Shown here: positions 40,581 to 53,341 of the stretch, piece after piece
How the letters are laid out: each line of letters begins with the position of its first letter
How positions within the stretch are numbered: position 1 is the first letter of the stretch
Source of the DNA: Octopus sinensis
Lineage: Eukaryota
Assembly (NCBI RefSeq): GCF_006345805.1
Contig: NC_043001.1
Span: 52,700,001-52,764,000, forward strand
Direction: 5' to 3'
Length of the DNA stretch: 64,000 nucleotides
Program-made: the position numbers and the translations under genes
The notes under the pieces: generated by a model
Told to the model about the DNA's origin: nothing
The model's database searches: none
Seen by the model: only the letters and a program-made list of their open reading frames with translations

Positions 40581-41689
40581 TATATGTATACAAGAAAAGC
40601 TTCGTTAGTATTGTGTTTTAAACTTTGTAAATACGAATGCCTCAAGAGAAAATACTGTTTAATACCTCATAGAAAGTAATTCATTTTATCAAATCCATAC
40701 ATATGTATGTATGCGTATAAATTCTCCGTTTGTTCCTTTGTTGTGATGCTGTTTCGATTTTAGAACTTATTTCATATATATATATAGGGAGAGTTTACGA
40801 AAAAAACAAAAGACGAAGACAGGTGGTGTACAAAACAAACAGATGTATTAGTATAACGCTCAGGAATAGAAAAAGTATTTTACGTTTCGACACAGAAAAA
40901 ACAAGGAGATAAAAAAATGTGTGTAGTGGCTAACGATCTATCATGGCGACTGACTCGGACAGAAAGATCAATACAGGAAAGTTTAGAAAGTATAAAAATA
41001 AGGATAAAAATAAAGTAATGACAATAATAACGGTTTTACGTAAATTTCAAAGGTTTTTTGACGTCGTGGTGTATTGCAAGGATTTCTCATCAAGGGTAGA
41101 GTGCACATTGATCCGTATTTAGGAGAGGTGCAGCTGGAGGGTAAATATCCAAACGAGAATCCGTAAAGGGTAGCTAAAGAGTAGATAAAGTGTCCAGTGG
41201 AAAAGTTTATATAGATATATATATATATATATATATATAGATAGATATATAGATATAGATATATATATAGATAGATAGACTTATATATCATATATGCATA
41301 TATATATATTATATACATATATATATATATATATTTACTTACATATGTGTATATATATGTGTGTGTTTGTGTATGTTTGTATGCATGTATATGTAATTAT
41401 GCTCATAAATACGAATTCACACACACACTCACACACACACATAGTCGCACATATCTTCTTTGGAATCTACATCTGTGTATGTCACGGAGTATATTGAAAA
41501 CAAACTTATACATTGGAGAAGGTTTTTTAAAAATATATATTTCATACTATCTCACAAACGAAACATGAAAAAGATACTAATTACTAACACAGAGGAAACC
41601 ATGAAATCAACTCTTTAAATTAGTTTGTCAAATCTTCAAAGAGTGTAGCATTCATTTGTAATATTAGTAGATTAGAATACAGCGAGCTA

Positions 41690-42075
41690 GCAGAAAATTT
41701 ACACGCCGGGTGAAATACGTAGCCGTATTTCTTCTGTCGTTACGTTCTGAGTACAAATTCCGCCGAGGTCGGCTTTGCCTTTCATCCTTTCGGGGTCGAT
41801 TAAATAAGTACAAGTTATGCACTGGGGTCGATATGATCGACTTAATCCGTGTGTCTGTCCTTCTTTGACCTCTCTGTGTTTAGCCCATTGTGGGTAGTGA
41901 AGAAATGGGTATTTTGTCTGTCTTTACGTACTTAGTTGAAATTCCGCCGAGGTCCACTTTGCCTTTCATCCTTTCGGGGTCGATAAACAAATTCATGTTG
42001 CTTACTGGGGTCGATCTAATCGACTACCCCCTCCTCCCCAAATTTCAGGCCTTGTGCCTAGAGTAGAAAAGAATA
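41690..42075 (+). mobile_element. Tandem Deu/Nin-like SINE copies
   Basis: gcgagctagcagaa...aaattccgccgaggtc..ctttgcctttcatcctttcggggtcgat occurs twice. Confidence 0.8.
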
Positions 42076-43025
42076 TTACTAGATTAGGATCGTTATTACT
42101 ATCATCATATAAGCAAATGTTTGTATTATATATTTTGCAAAGTTACTTCATATTTTGTTTTAAGTGGACGCTCAAAAATACATACTTGTACATATGGGTA
42201 TGAAAATATGTATGAGCTTTTATTAAAGTCATATGAATTACGATAATATTGGTACTTATTTTACAAGAAAAGCTACGCTAGTATTGTATTTTAAACTTTG
42301 TAAATATAGATGCCTCAAGAGAAAATACTGTTTAATTCTTCACAGAAATTAATTCATTTTATCAAATCCAAAAGTGTTTCATCAGGACGGTCATGAAGAA
42401 GGTTGTAACTCTGCTGTTGCCCGATCTACTAGAAATAGCAGTGACATTTCATTCAAATGAAAGATTACCATGTTTGAGAGAGGAGTGTCCACTCACTGAA
42501 TTAAGTAATATTTTCGACAATATATTGGGAAGAATACCATTCAACGTAGCTCTGTTTTGCAAAAGAAATCTGATTATCTCTCTCTCTCTCTCCCTCTCTC
42601 TGCCTATCTATCTATCTCTCTTTCTCTCCCTCCCATGCTATAAATATATATACATATGTAATTTGACTGATCAGACATATGTGAGTGTTGTGTGTGTGAG
42701 TGCAAATTGATCAAATATATATATATATATATAAATTAGAAAAAAAAACACCTTTTATCAATTCAAAATAAACAATTAAATTACACCATCTAGAAAATTA
42801 CATATAATAGAAAAAATGAAATTAAAATAATAAAATGTCAAAGATTAAGTAAATTGCAAAAAATAATTTTAAAAATCGTATATAATAGGTAGAAAAACGA
42901 CACGTGTTCTGTGACCATAATTAAGAAATGATTATAGTAGTAGAGAAATCACTTCGATATAAATATAGTCGCTCATCAAGTTAAAAATAAACTAGAACAA
43001 TAAAATAAATAATTAATAAATATAC

Positions 43026-43065
<40 letters not shown>

Positions 43066-43187
43066 CGATTTAGGAGTGACCCCAACAGGTCACTCGTCCA
43101 CCAGAAAGAGCAGCCATAACTCACACCGCCAAGTATTATTAATTCAGAAATTAGGTGAAAATTTAAAAACATTTACCCTAATTCATC

Positions 43188-43286
43188 CTTTTAGACGTTG
43201 CAACGTTTCTGTGTCATTATGATTAAATTAGCTTAATTAAATTAAATTAAGCCAATCTACCATAGGTTACACTTCATCAGTAAAAG
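43188..43286 (-). ncRNA. Same hammerhead on the minus strand (other copies 43661-43760, 44133-44231)
   Basis: cttttagacgttgcaacgtttctgtgtc...acacttcatcagtaaaag is the reverse complement of the fold above. Confidence 0.8.
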
Positions 43287-45485
43287 ACCTGGGAGAGACA
43301 AATATACACGAGGCGTCTGTATTGATGCCTACGGGATATCTGACTTAAAATTTTCAAGACTGACGTATTCGCGCCAAACTTATCAACAGTAAATATAAAC
43401 TGCCGATTCAATCTCAGAATTATTCAGAAAATTATCAATTAGTCAATTTAGGGTAGCAAAAAAATTCAATAGAAATTTATCGCAACCAGCGGCCTGGTGA
43501 AAAAGAGAAAATAGTCATCGACTAAATATATAAATATAACGATTTAGGAGTGACCCCAACAGGTCACTCGTCCACCAGAAAGAGCAGCCATAACTCACAC
43601 CGCCAAGTATTATTAATTCAGAATTAGGTGAAAATTTAAAAACATTTACTCTAATTCATCCTTTTAGACGTTGCAACGTTTCTGTGTCATTAATGATTAA
43701 ATTAGCTTAATTAAATTAAATTAAGCCAATCTACCATAGGTTACACTTCATCAGTAAAAGACCTGGGGAGACAAATATACACGAGGCGTCTGTATTGATG
43801 CCTACGGGATATCTGACTTAAAATTTTCAAGACTGACGTATTCGCGCCAAACTTATCAACAGTAAATATAACTGCCGATTCAATCTCAGAATTATTCAGA
43901 AAATTATCAATTAGTCAATTTAGGGTAGCAAAAAAATTCAATAGAAATTTATCGCAACCAGCGGCCTGGTGAAAAAGAGAAAATAGTCATCGACTAATAT
44001 ATAAATATAACGATTTAGGAGTGACCCCAACAGGTCACTCGTCCACCAGAAAGAGCAGCCATAACTCACACCGCCAAGTATTATTAATTCAGAAATTAGG
44101 TGAAAATTTAAAAACATTTACCCTAATTCATCCTTTTAGACGTTGCAACGTTTCTGTGTCATAATGATTAAATTAGCTTAATTAAATTAAATTAAGCCAA
44201 TCTACCATAGGTTACACTTCATCAGTAAAAGACCTGGGAGAGACAAATATACACGAGGCGTCTGTATTGATGCCTACGGGATATCTGACTTAAAATTTTC
44301 AAGACTGACGTATTCGCGCCAAACTTATCAACAGTAAATATAAACTGCCGATTCAATCTCAGAATTATTCAGAAAATTATCAATTAGTCAATTTAGGGTA
44401 GCAAAAAAATTCAATAGAAATTTATCGCAACCAGCGGCCTGGTGAAAAAGAGAAAATAGTCATCGACTAAATATATAAATATAACGATTTAGGAGTGACC
44501 CCAACAGGTCACTCGTCCACCAGAAAGAGCAGCCATAACTTTTACTGATGAAGTGTAACCTATGGTAGATTGGCTTAATTTAATTTAATTAAGCTAATTT
44601 AATCATTAATGACACAGAAACGTTGCAACGTCTAAAAGATGAATTAGGGTAAATGTTTTTAAATTTTCACCTAATTTCTGAATTAATAATACTTGGCGGT
44701 GTGAGTTATGGCTGCTCTTTCTGGTGGACGAGTGACCTGTTGGGGTCACTCCTAAATCGTTATATTTATATATTTAGTCGATGACTATTTTCTCTTTTTC
44801 ACCAGGCCGCTGGTTGCGATAAATTTCTATTGAATTTTTTTGCTACCCTAAATTGACTAATTGATAATTTTCTGAATAATTCTGAGATTGAATCGGCAGT
44901 TTATATTTACTGTTGATAAGTTTGGCGCGAATACGTCAGTCTTGAAAATTTTAAGTCAGATATCCCGTAGGCATCAATACAGACGCGTCGTGTATATTTG
45001 TCTCTCCCAGGTCTTTTACTGATGAAGTGTAACCTATGGTAGATTGGCTTAATTTAATTTAATTAAGCTAATTAATCATTAATGACACAGAAACGTTGCA
45101 ACGTCTAAAAGGATGAATTAGAGTAAATGTTTTTAAATTTTCACCTAATTTCTGAATTATAATACTTGGCGGTGTGAGTTATGGCTGCTCTTTCTGGTGG
45201 ATGAGTGACCTGTTGGGGTCACTCCTAAATCGTTATATTTATATATTTAGTCGATGACTATTTTCTCTTTTTCACCAGGCCGCTGGTTGCGATAAATTTC
45301 TATTGAATTTTTTTGCTACCCTAAATTGACTAATTGATAATTTTCTGAATAATTCTGAGATTGAATCGGCAGTTTATATTTACTGTTGATAAGTTTGGCG
45401 CGAATACGTCAGTCTTGAAAATTTTAAGTCAGATATCCCGTAGGCATCAATACAGACGCCTCGTGTATATTTGTCTCTCCCAGGT

Positions 45486-45585
45486 CTTTTACTGATGAAG
45501 TGTAACCTATGGTAGATTGGCTTAATTTAATTTAATTAAGCTAATTTAATCATTAATGACACAGAAACGTTGCAACGTCTAAAAG
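45486..45585 (+). ncRNA. Type I hammerhead ribozyme with extended stem II (other plus copies 44539-44638, 45013-45111, 45961-46059, 46435-46534, 46909-47008)
   Basis: CUUUUA CUGAUGA a GUGU[...GCUUAAUU-loop-AAUUAAGC...]ACAC a GAAAC GUUGCAAC GUC UAAAAG. Stem I is 6 bp. Stem III ACGU/ACGU lies within the 12-nt palindrome ACGUUGCAACGU. Confidence 0.8.
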
Positions 45586-47561
45586 GATGAATTAGGGTAA
45601 ATGTTTTTAAATTTTCACCTAATTTCTGAATTAATAATACTTGGCGGTGTGAGTTATGGCTGCTCTTTCTGGTGGACGAGTGACCTGTTGGGGTCACTCC
45701 TAAATCGTTATATTTATATATTTAGTCGATGACTATTTTCTCTTTTTCACCAGGCCGCTGGTTGCGATAAATTTCTATTGAATTTTTTTGCTACCCTAAA
45801 TTGACTAATTGATAATTTTCTGAATAATTCTGAGATTGAATCGGCAGTTTATATTTACTGTTGATAAGTTTGGCGCGAATACGTCAGTCTTGAAAATTTT
45901 AAGTCAGATATCCCGTAGGCATCAATACAGACGCCTCGTGTATATTTGTCTCTCCCAGGTCTTTTACTGATGAAGTGTAACCTATGGTAGATTGGCTTAA
46001 TTAATTTAATTAAGCTAATTTAATCATTAATGACACAGAAACGTTGCAACGTCTAAAAGGATGAATTAGAGTAAATGTTTTTAAATTTTCACCTAATTTC
46101 TGAATTAATAATACTTGGCGGTGTGAGTTATGGCTGCTCTTTCTGGTGGACGAGTGACCTGTTGGGGTCACTCCTAAATCGTTATATTTATATATTTAGT
46201 CGATGACTATTTTCTCTTTTTCACCAGGCCGCTGGTTGCGATAAATTTCTATTGAATTTTTTTGCTACCCTAAATTGACTAATTGATAATTTTCTGAATA
46301 ATTCTGAGATTGAATCGGCAGTTTATATTTACTGTTGATAAGTTTGGCGCGAATACGTCAGTCTTGAAAATTTTAAGTCAGATATCCCGTAGGCATCAAT
46401 ACAGACGCCTCGTGTATATTTGTCTCTCCCAGGTCTTTTACTGATGAAGTGTAACCTATGGTAGATTGGCTTAATTTAATTTAATTAAGCTAATTTAATC
46501 ATTAATGACACAGAAACGTTGCAACGTCTAAAAGGATGAATTAGGGTAAATGTTTTTAAATTTTCACCTAATTTCTGAATTAATAATACTTGGCGGTGTG
46601 AGTTATGGCTGCTCTTTCTGGTGGACGAGTGACCTGTTGGGGTCACTCCTAAATCGTTATATTTATATATTTAGTCGATGACTATTTTCTCTTTTTCACC
46701 AGGCCGCTGGTTGCGATAAATTTCTATTGAATTTTTTTGCTACCCTAAATTGACTAATTGATAATTTTCTGAATAATTCTGAGATTGAATCGGCAGTTTA
46801 TATTACTGTTGATAAGTTTGGCGCGAATACGTCAGTCTTGAAAATTTTAAGTCAGATATCCCGTAGGCATCAATACAGACGCCTCGTGTATATTTGTCTC
46901 TCCCAGGTCTTTTACTGATGAAGTGTAACCTATGGTAGATTGGCTTAATTTAATTTAATTAAGCTAATTTAATCATTAATGACACAGAAACGTTGCAACG
47001 TCTAAAAGGATGAATTAGGGTAAATGTTTTTAAATTTTCACCTAATTTCTGAATTAATAATACTTGGCGGTGTGAGTTATGGCTGCTCTTTCTGGTGGAC
47101 GAGTGACCTGTTGGGGTCACTCCTAAATCGTTATATTTATATATTTAGTCGATGACTATTTTCTCTTTTTCACCAGGCCGCTGGTTGCGATAAATTTCTA
47201 TTGAATTTTTTTGCTACCCTAAATTGACTAATATATATATATACATATATATATATATATGAAAATCTTAAATATACATAGGTGAATAATAAAAACATAC
47301 TTAAATAATTAAATACTTTAAAATTAAATAAAATACACAAAGCTAGTACCAGTTATTAAATTGTAATCAAAATAAGAAATGGTTCAAATATAGACAAACT
47401 CCTTAAATACGCTAACCATACAATAAATATACATATGTAGTATCAATAGATTTAATATAACAATCTATAACAAAATTGACTAAATATCAAATAATGTAAT
47501 ACCTAATTAACTTAAAATTTAATATTGCAAATACATAAGCCACCTATATATATATTTTGGA

Positions 47562-47937
47562 AGCACTCCGTCGGTTACGACGACGAGGGTTCCGGTTGAT
47601 CCGAATCAACGGAACAGCCTGCTCGTGAAATTAACGTGTAAGTGGCTGAGCACTCCACAGACACGTGTACCCTTAACGTAGTTCTCGGGGATATTCAGCG
47701 TGACACAGAGAGTGACAAGGCCGGCCCTTTGAAATACAGGTATAACAGAAACAGGAAGAGTGAAAGAAAGTTATGGTGAAAGAGTACAACAGGGATCACC
47801 ACCATCCCCTGCCGGAGCCTCGTGGAGCTTTAGGAGTTTTCGCTCAATAAACACTCACAACGCCCGGTCTGGGAATCGAAACCGCGATCCTATGACCGCG
47901 AATCCGCTGCCCTAAACACTGGGGCATTGCGCCTCCA
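47562..47937 (-). mobile_element. tRNA-derived SINE (related copies at 49226-49552 and 58797-59115, also minus)
   Basis: Minus head ggaggcgcaatgccccagtgtttagggcagcgg...ggtttcgattcccag. Shared body gaaatacagg...gtggctgagcactcc...gacgacgagggttcc in all three copies. Confidence 0.85.
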
Positions 47938-48045
47938 TATATATATAATATATATATATATTATATATATATATATATATTTGTAAAAAATGAAGTTCGA
48001 AAATGCTGCTGTATTATACAATTTTTAATTTTATATATACATTAT

Positions 48046-48079
48046 AACATGTTTCAGTTCCTGAAATGAACCTTATCAA
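48046..48079 (-). ncRNA. Minimal hammerhead-like motif, U3:A8 variant, weak stem I
   Basis: UUGAUAA GGUUC auuucag GAACU GAAAC AU GUU. Confidence 0.45.
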
Positions 48080-48366
48080 AAAAAGTTATATATAAAAAAA
48101 GACAGCTCATGCCGTCAAACACAAGAAATTCATTTATAATACACAACGGAGTCAGACATCTTAGAGTTCATTTATAGTTGATATATAGTTCATGTATAGT
48201 TGATATATAGTTTGAAGTATATGTTCAAAGTGTTCGATGCAGTGGCCCACGGTGGCGATACGTAATAATTAATATCTATCGTAACTAATATCTATCAATA
48301 TATATAAAAATATATATATATAATCATGGGTATGAGTAAGTATCTCATTTATTTCTTTTGCCACAT

Positions 48367-48421
48367 ATATCACTGACGAAGGGAGGGCTGTTATGAGCTA
48401 ACCCTGAAATCTGTCCGATAT
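48367..48421 (+). ncRNA. Slightly decayed type I hammerhead
   Basis: AUAUCa CUGACGA AGGG...CCCU GAAAU CU GUC cGAUAU. Confidence 0.5.
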
Positions 48422-48586
48422 GGTAATAATGGAATTTTTTAGAAATTTCTGTCGACCTTTTTTCGAGTAGCGTGCGTATTGTGAAAAAATTATATGGATA
48501 ATGGACAATATGTCCAATTTTTCGACATATTTGGCATTATAATTTTTTTGGTTTGCCCATATTTATGAATTGTTTATATGTATATG

Positions 48587-48648
<62 letters not shown>

Positions 48649-50595
48649 ATTCGTAAATATCTATGATATTTACGAAATATATATGATAAAGTTTTACTTT
48701 CACCTCTCTTTGCTGTACGATGGTTGAAGTTTTACAAATATGAAATATGAATACATTATGATGCCATGCATATGCTACAAAACATATACATATTTCAAAT
48801 TTGGGGAATTTATACGCTGTAATATAAATACTGTCATACCTACCGAGATTATTATATCTAAATTGAAATACTTTTATAAAAGTGCATGTAAATACATAAT
48901 TATACGTCCTTTTAAAAATATTATGTTACAGTACGTTTCAGTACGTAACTTAATATTTGCATAAAAGAAACAGAACACGCAAATCAATTAGTTATTTAGA
49001 TTTTGCTTACTTACGTGTAAAAAGAAAGCAAAAAATTATATAAAAATGAACATAAAATACTCACGCAAGAATGACACTATATATCATGAAACTTTACCTG
49101 TGTTTCCTATTTGTGAAAAGTCTACCGTGAAGAACAAATCAACTAGTCTTCAAATCGACTACATGCGCCTTCTAAATGATGTAGCTTTACATTCAACAGA
49201 TGATGTGCTGTTTCAAAATGTCATAGGAGCACTCCGTCGGTTGCGACGACGAGGGTCCCAGCTGATACTATCAACGGAACAGCTTGCTCGTGAAGTTAAC
49301 GTGTAAGTGGCTGAGTACTCCACAAACACGTGTAACCTTAACGTAGTTTTCGGGGTAGATTCAGCGTGACACAGTGCGTGACAAGACTGGCCCTTTGAAA
49401 TACAGGTACTACTCATTTTTGGCAGCTGAGTGAACTGGATCAACGTAAAATAAAGTGTTTTTCTCGAGGACACAACGCGCCGCCGGGAATTCAACTCACG
49501 ACCTTACGATCATGAGCCGAATGTCCCTAACCACTAAGCCACGCGCCTTCACTCAAAATGTTATATTTTGGACTCGTTAAATCATATATGGAAAAACAAC
49601 ACAAAGATGAGGAGTTAGTGCTAAACAGTGGAGTTGCTTGTATTGCAAACATAATCTATTAACAATTGTCTTTTTTTTGTTCTCTCCTTTCCTTAAAGGA
49701 TAGATATTCATTTTACAGGTAAATCGGAACATGTGTGTGATATATGACATATACTATCTATACAATATTTATATACTGTTTATATATTTAAATTATTAAC
49801 AGATTCACTAATGCACAACCAAATAGACAAATTGTTTGTTTACGGGGAACTTGACTGCCAAAACATAAAGGCATTAAAAACTTATTCCCATTGGTGTGAA
49901 TCCCAAATTTTAAGTGCATTATCTTCAGGTTCAATTCATACATGATTTTATGAATTGAATTCTGAATCACCCAATTTCATAATTCTTCAAATTATTTTCA
50001 CCTTTAAGAAGGATAGGGAAGATAAAAAGGGGAATAGGCACTACATTGTACTCCCAATACAAGCAACGCCATGTAAATATGAATCATGTAAATCATTTCC
50101 CTATATATGAAGTGTCTGATATAGAAAAGTTACTTATATAATTTGTAATAAACTTTCCAAATGTGCAAGGTATTCCCTCCATTATTTCGTTCAAAACGCT
50201 GAATAATGTAATACATCGTATATTTTGAGGCCAGCTCTAGACTTACTTATGTACATAAAAATAATATACTTGATTTTCCACTGGTTTGCGTATAGGGAAA
50301 TAGCTGACATAAAATACTGGAAAGTTCTCCAAAAACATACCAGGTTTGAAGCAGTAGGAATTGGGCCTACGCTGGTGGTTTTATTAGGATATCCTCCATG
50401 ATATACGTCGTTTCCAACACCACTCTATGTGACATTGTAACAGAATGTTGTCTGGTGAAAAGCGTTTGGCGCGCATCGTTTGACACGTGAGGAGTTTAGC
50501 AAAGACCTGATACATGCTATTCGTTTTTTCCTTAGCTGTATTGCGTTTTTGCATTATGTTCTATAACAAGGATATATGAGTGGTGTGTTCTTTCT

Positions 50596-50637
<42 letters not shown>

Positions 50638-51248
50638 GACAGACAAACTAACAGGCAGACAGACGGAGATGATAGTGCGCAGAGATGATAGTGTGGGATG
50701 GCTGAAGAGAGAACGTGAGAGAGAGAAACACTGTGAGTAGGAGAGAACGGAAGAGAGAGCAAGAGAGAGAGAGAGAGAGAGAGAGAATAAGAGAATGAGA
50801 GCAAAAGAAAGAAAGAGAGGGGTAAGAAAATAAAAAGTTATGCATTGCCAACATTCAAACATCTGTTGCTACTGACTTTGCCATGTGAATGATCTGCTCA
50901 TGATATTGCAATTTCCTATACCCAGCTTCAACATAACTCTCGCCTGCTTTCATAATATACCTCCGTTCTCTAGAATATTAATCTCATTCAATTGACAAAA
51001 GATTCGACGTATCATTCTGGAAATCCTTAATTCTCAAAAGTCTTTGCATATTACTAAATATTTAAAGAGGGATCGGATTGTTCACATCTTTACATATATT
51101 ATTTATCAGTTAATATTTTCTTCATGGATGGTTACCCATCATCGGCATTAATGTTATGTTGTATTTCTCAAAACTTTGCACGCTTGCAGAAACAAACAGT
51201 TTTTTTTTCAAATGTCTTATTCTGGTAAAGTGTTATATTAAGGTTCAC

Positions 51249-51541
51249 CTGCGATAGATATGGATTAAATTTCTGAGTGGTAGATCTCCAAAGTTGAACT
51301 GTAACAACAAGATAAAAGGCATGGAAATACCTTTTGTTGATACCATATGTTGTAAACTAAAACAGCAGAAAATTTTATGAGACAGATCGAGCAATATCCA
51401 TCGTCCAGTTCCGAAAAGGGATCTAATGTTAGACATTGGTGTCTCCCAAAACCAATAATGTGCGGAAAACTCAATAATCTGAAACTGTTTCTTACAAATA
51501 GCAGATTATGTTCTTCAATATTGGACTTTACATGAAAACAT
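51249..51541 (-). CDS. Candidate exon with one apparent 1-nt frameshift (CFHVKSNIEEH / SAICKKQFQIIEFSAHYWFWETPMSNIRSLFGTGRW...NLIHIYR)
   Basis: ttttgtgtatcacAG acceptor and CAG|GTGAAC donor. At 293 nt it is one base short of a symmetric phase 2-2 exon, and the break falls at an A-run. Confidence 0.45.
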
Positions 51542-53285
51542 CTGTGATACACAAAATTTATATTTCGTTCCCTCTTACGCACACACCTATGCAACTAAAA
51601 TCATGAACTCATATATAAGTGTATATAAATGACATATTTGCATACTGACCTATCCAACTACTTACGCGCCCACCCGCGCACGCACATACGCACATACATC
51701 CATACATCAGTGTGTGCGTGGATATGTTTAAATGCATCTCTCACTAATCATATTGCATGCGAAGATGTTTCGCCTAAATGCATAAATCCTTGTGAGCAGA
51801 CATCATAACCTTCTGAGCAGGAATCAAACATTTTCTTTATGATCGTTAGCCCAACTCGCAACCGACTAGGCTGTAGTACATACATATGAATACACTTTAT
51901 TAGATACAGAATAATCTGTAATATTCCAGCCAGTAAAAAGTAAGTTGATCGAGAATGGCATATTTAAGCTGTTCAAAAGGCACAATATTGAATTTCAGCT
52001 TCATTAGGTTCTCATTTCTGTTCAGTTTATTATCGAATGTGCCATATATTCTAACGCATTAAACTCACAAAATAAAGTTTTTCATATATAAACAAAAGTT
52101 TTGAAATATTATTCACGTATCATTTACTGCCAAAACATCTTAACACATTTGGCATCGCAGTTATCGGTTTTTGTTGAATAAATCTTTATAATATGCATCA
52201 AATTTTCGTTTTCATTGACGTCTACATAATATTTACTTTGGCCAGTTTTTGTTGAGAAAGGCAAACCTGTGTTTTTACTGAAAATGAGTTATATATTTTA
52301 CATTTATAATTCGTTTTCCAAGATTCTTGAGGTGAAATCGTGTGTTGAAACAGATATTGTTGTATTTCGGGATAGTTATTTTTTTGGCAAATAAACACAC
52401 GCACGATATATATTTTCATCAGTCGTTTATTCCTGTTCTTATTTTATTATTTTAACTCATGGCCATTGTTCAAAAACTGTCGTTACACATCTGTGACCTC
52501 TTCAGCGACACTTTTTGTTTACGCGTGTGTTCTTGCGTCACTTCATTTTGTTCTTCTAAGATGTGTAATCCCTATGTGCGTATGCGTTTGTGTCCTTGTG
52601 TGTGTGTTTGTACGTGTGTGTGTAAGCGTGTGTGTGTAATTGTGTATGTGTATCATAATTTTTAGCAGTAGTGTGGCCTTCCTCTCAGCCCTATCCTCTA
52701 AACCAATTTTTCTGCAGCTGTCCTAAGGCTCTCATCGCAAATAATATATTTGTGGCACATTCCTGCATACATCTACGTACGTGTGTCCGCCCACTGTGTT
52801 GTCATTGTGGTAGCTGTTATTATTGCCTTCGTTGTCACAGTCGCTGCTGTCGTTGTTAATTGCGTTGTTGACATTGTTATGGCCGTCCATCAAAATTCTT
52901 ATGTGTTCGTGTGTGTATATGGGTTTACTTCGTATGTTGTACGTATACTTGCCCGTTATATAGTTTCATTTAGTTATTTCATCTATCTCTATGTCTTACA
53001 TTTATCCCAGATATGTGACAAATATATTTATATAATTATTTATCTATATATATATTAATTAATTTATCTGTTTATATCTTTATTTATATATTTCCTCTTG
53101 AGCGTAGAGATATATGCACTTGCCTGATGTGTGCTACATCATGCACCTGCTCAGGCAACGCCGATTTGATGGAGGGAGTGAATTAATGTTCAGCACATAG
53201 AGTTGGTCTCTGTAAATGCATGATTTGTGCAGTTTGTTCATCAAGAATATACAGATCCTCCTTCTCGAAGTACAAGAGACTACCA

Positions 53286-53341
<56 letters not shown>

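Larger units (their letters stand above)
43061..47231. repeat. Tandem array of ~474-bp hammerhead-bearing units (about 3.1 units, then about 5.7 inverted units)
   Basis: Forward unit starts at 43061, 43535, 44006, 44480. Inverted units at 44541, 45015, 45488, 45963, 46437, 46911. Units are near-identical and differ mainly by 1-nt homopolymer indels. Flanked by (TA)n on both sides. Confidence 0.97.

Noticed and set aside
43061-47231. CRISPR-like or coding interpretation of the regular array
   Set aside because: Whole 474-bp units are repeated with no unique spacers and no ORF; eukaryotic context.
47840-47937. tRNA gene-like sequences (also ~37420-37480 and other SINE heads)
   Set aside because: A/B boxes are present, but no complete cloverleaf; most run straight into SINE bodies.
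50225-50450. Minus-strand exon candidate with an in-frame TAG (could be read as A-to-I recoding to Trp)
   Set aside because: Exon identity is unsupported, and invoking editing is speculation without RNA data.
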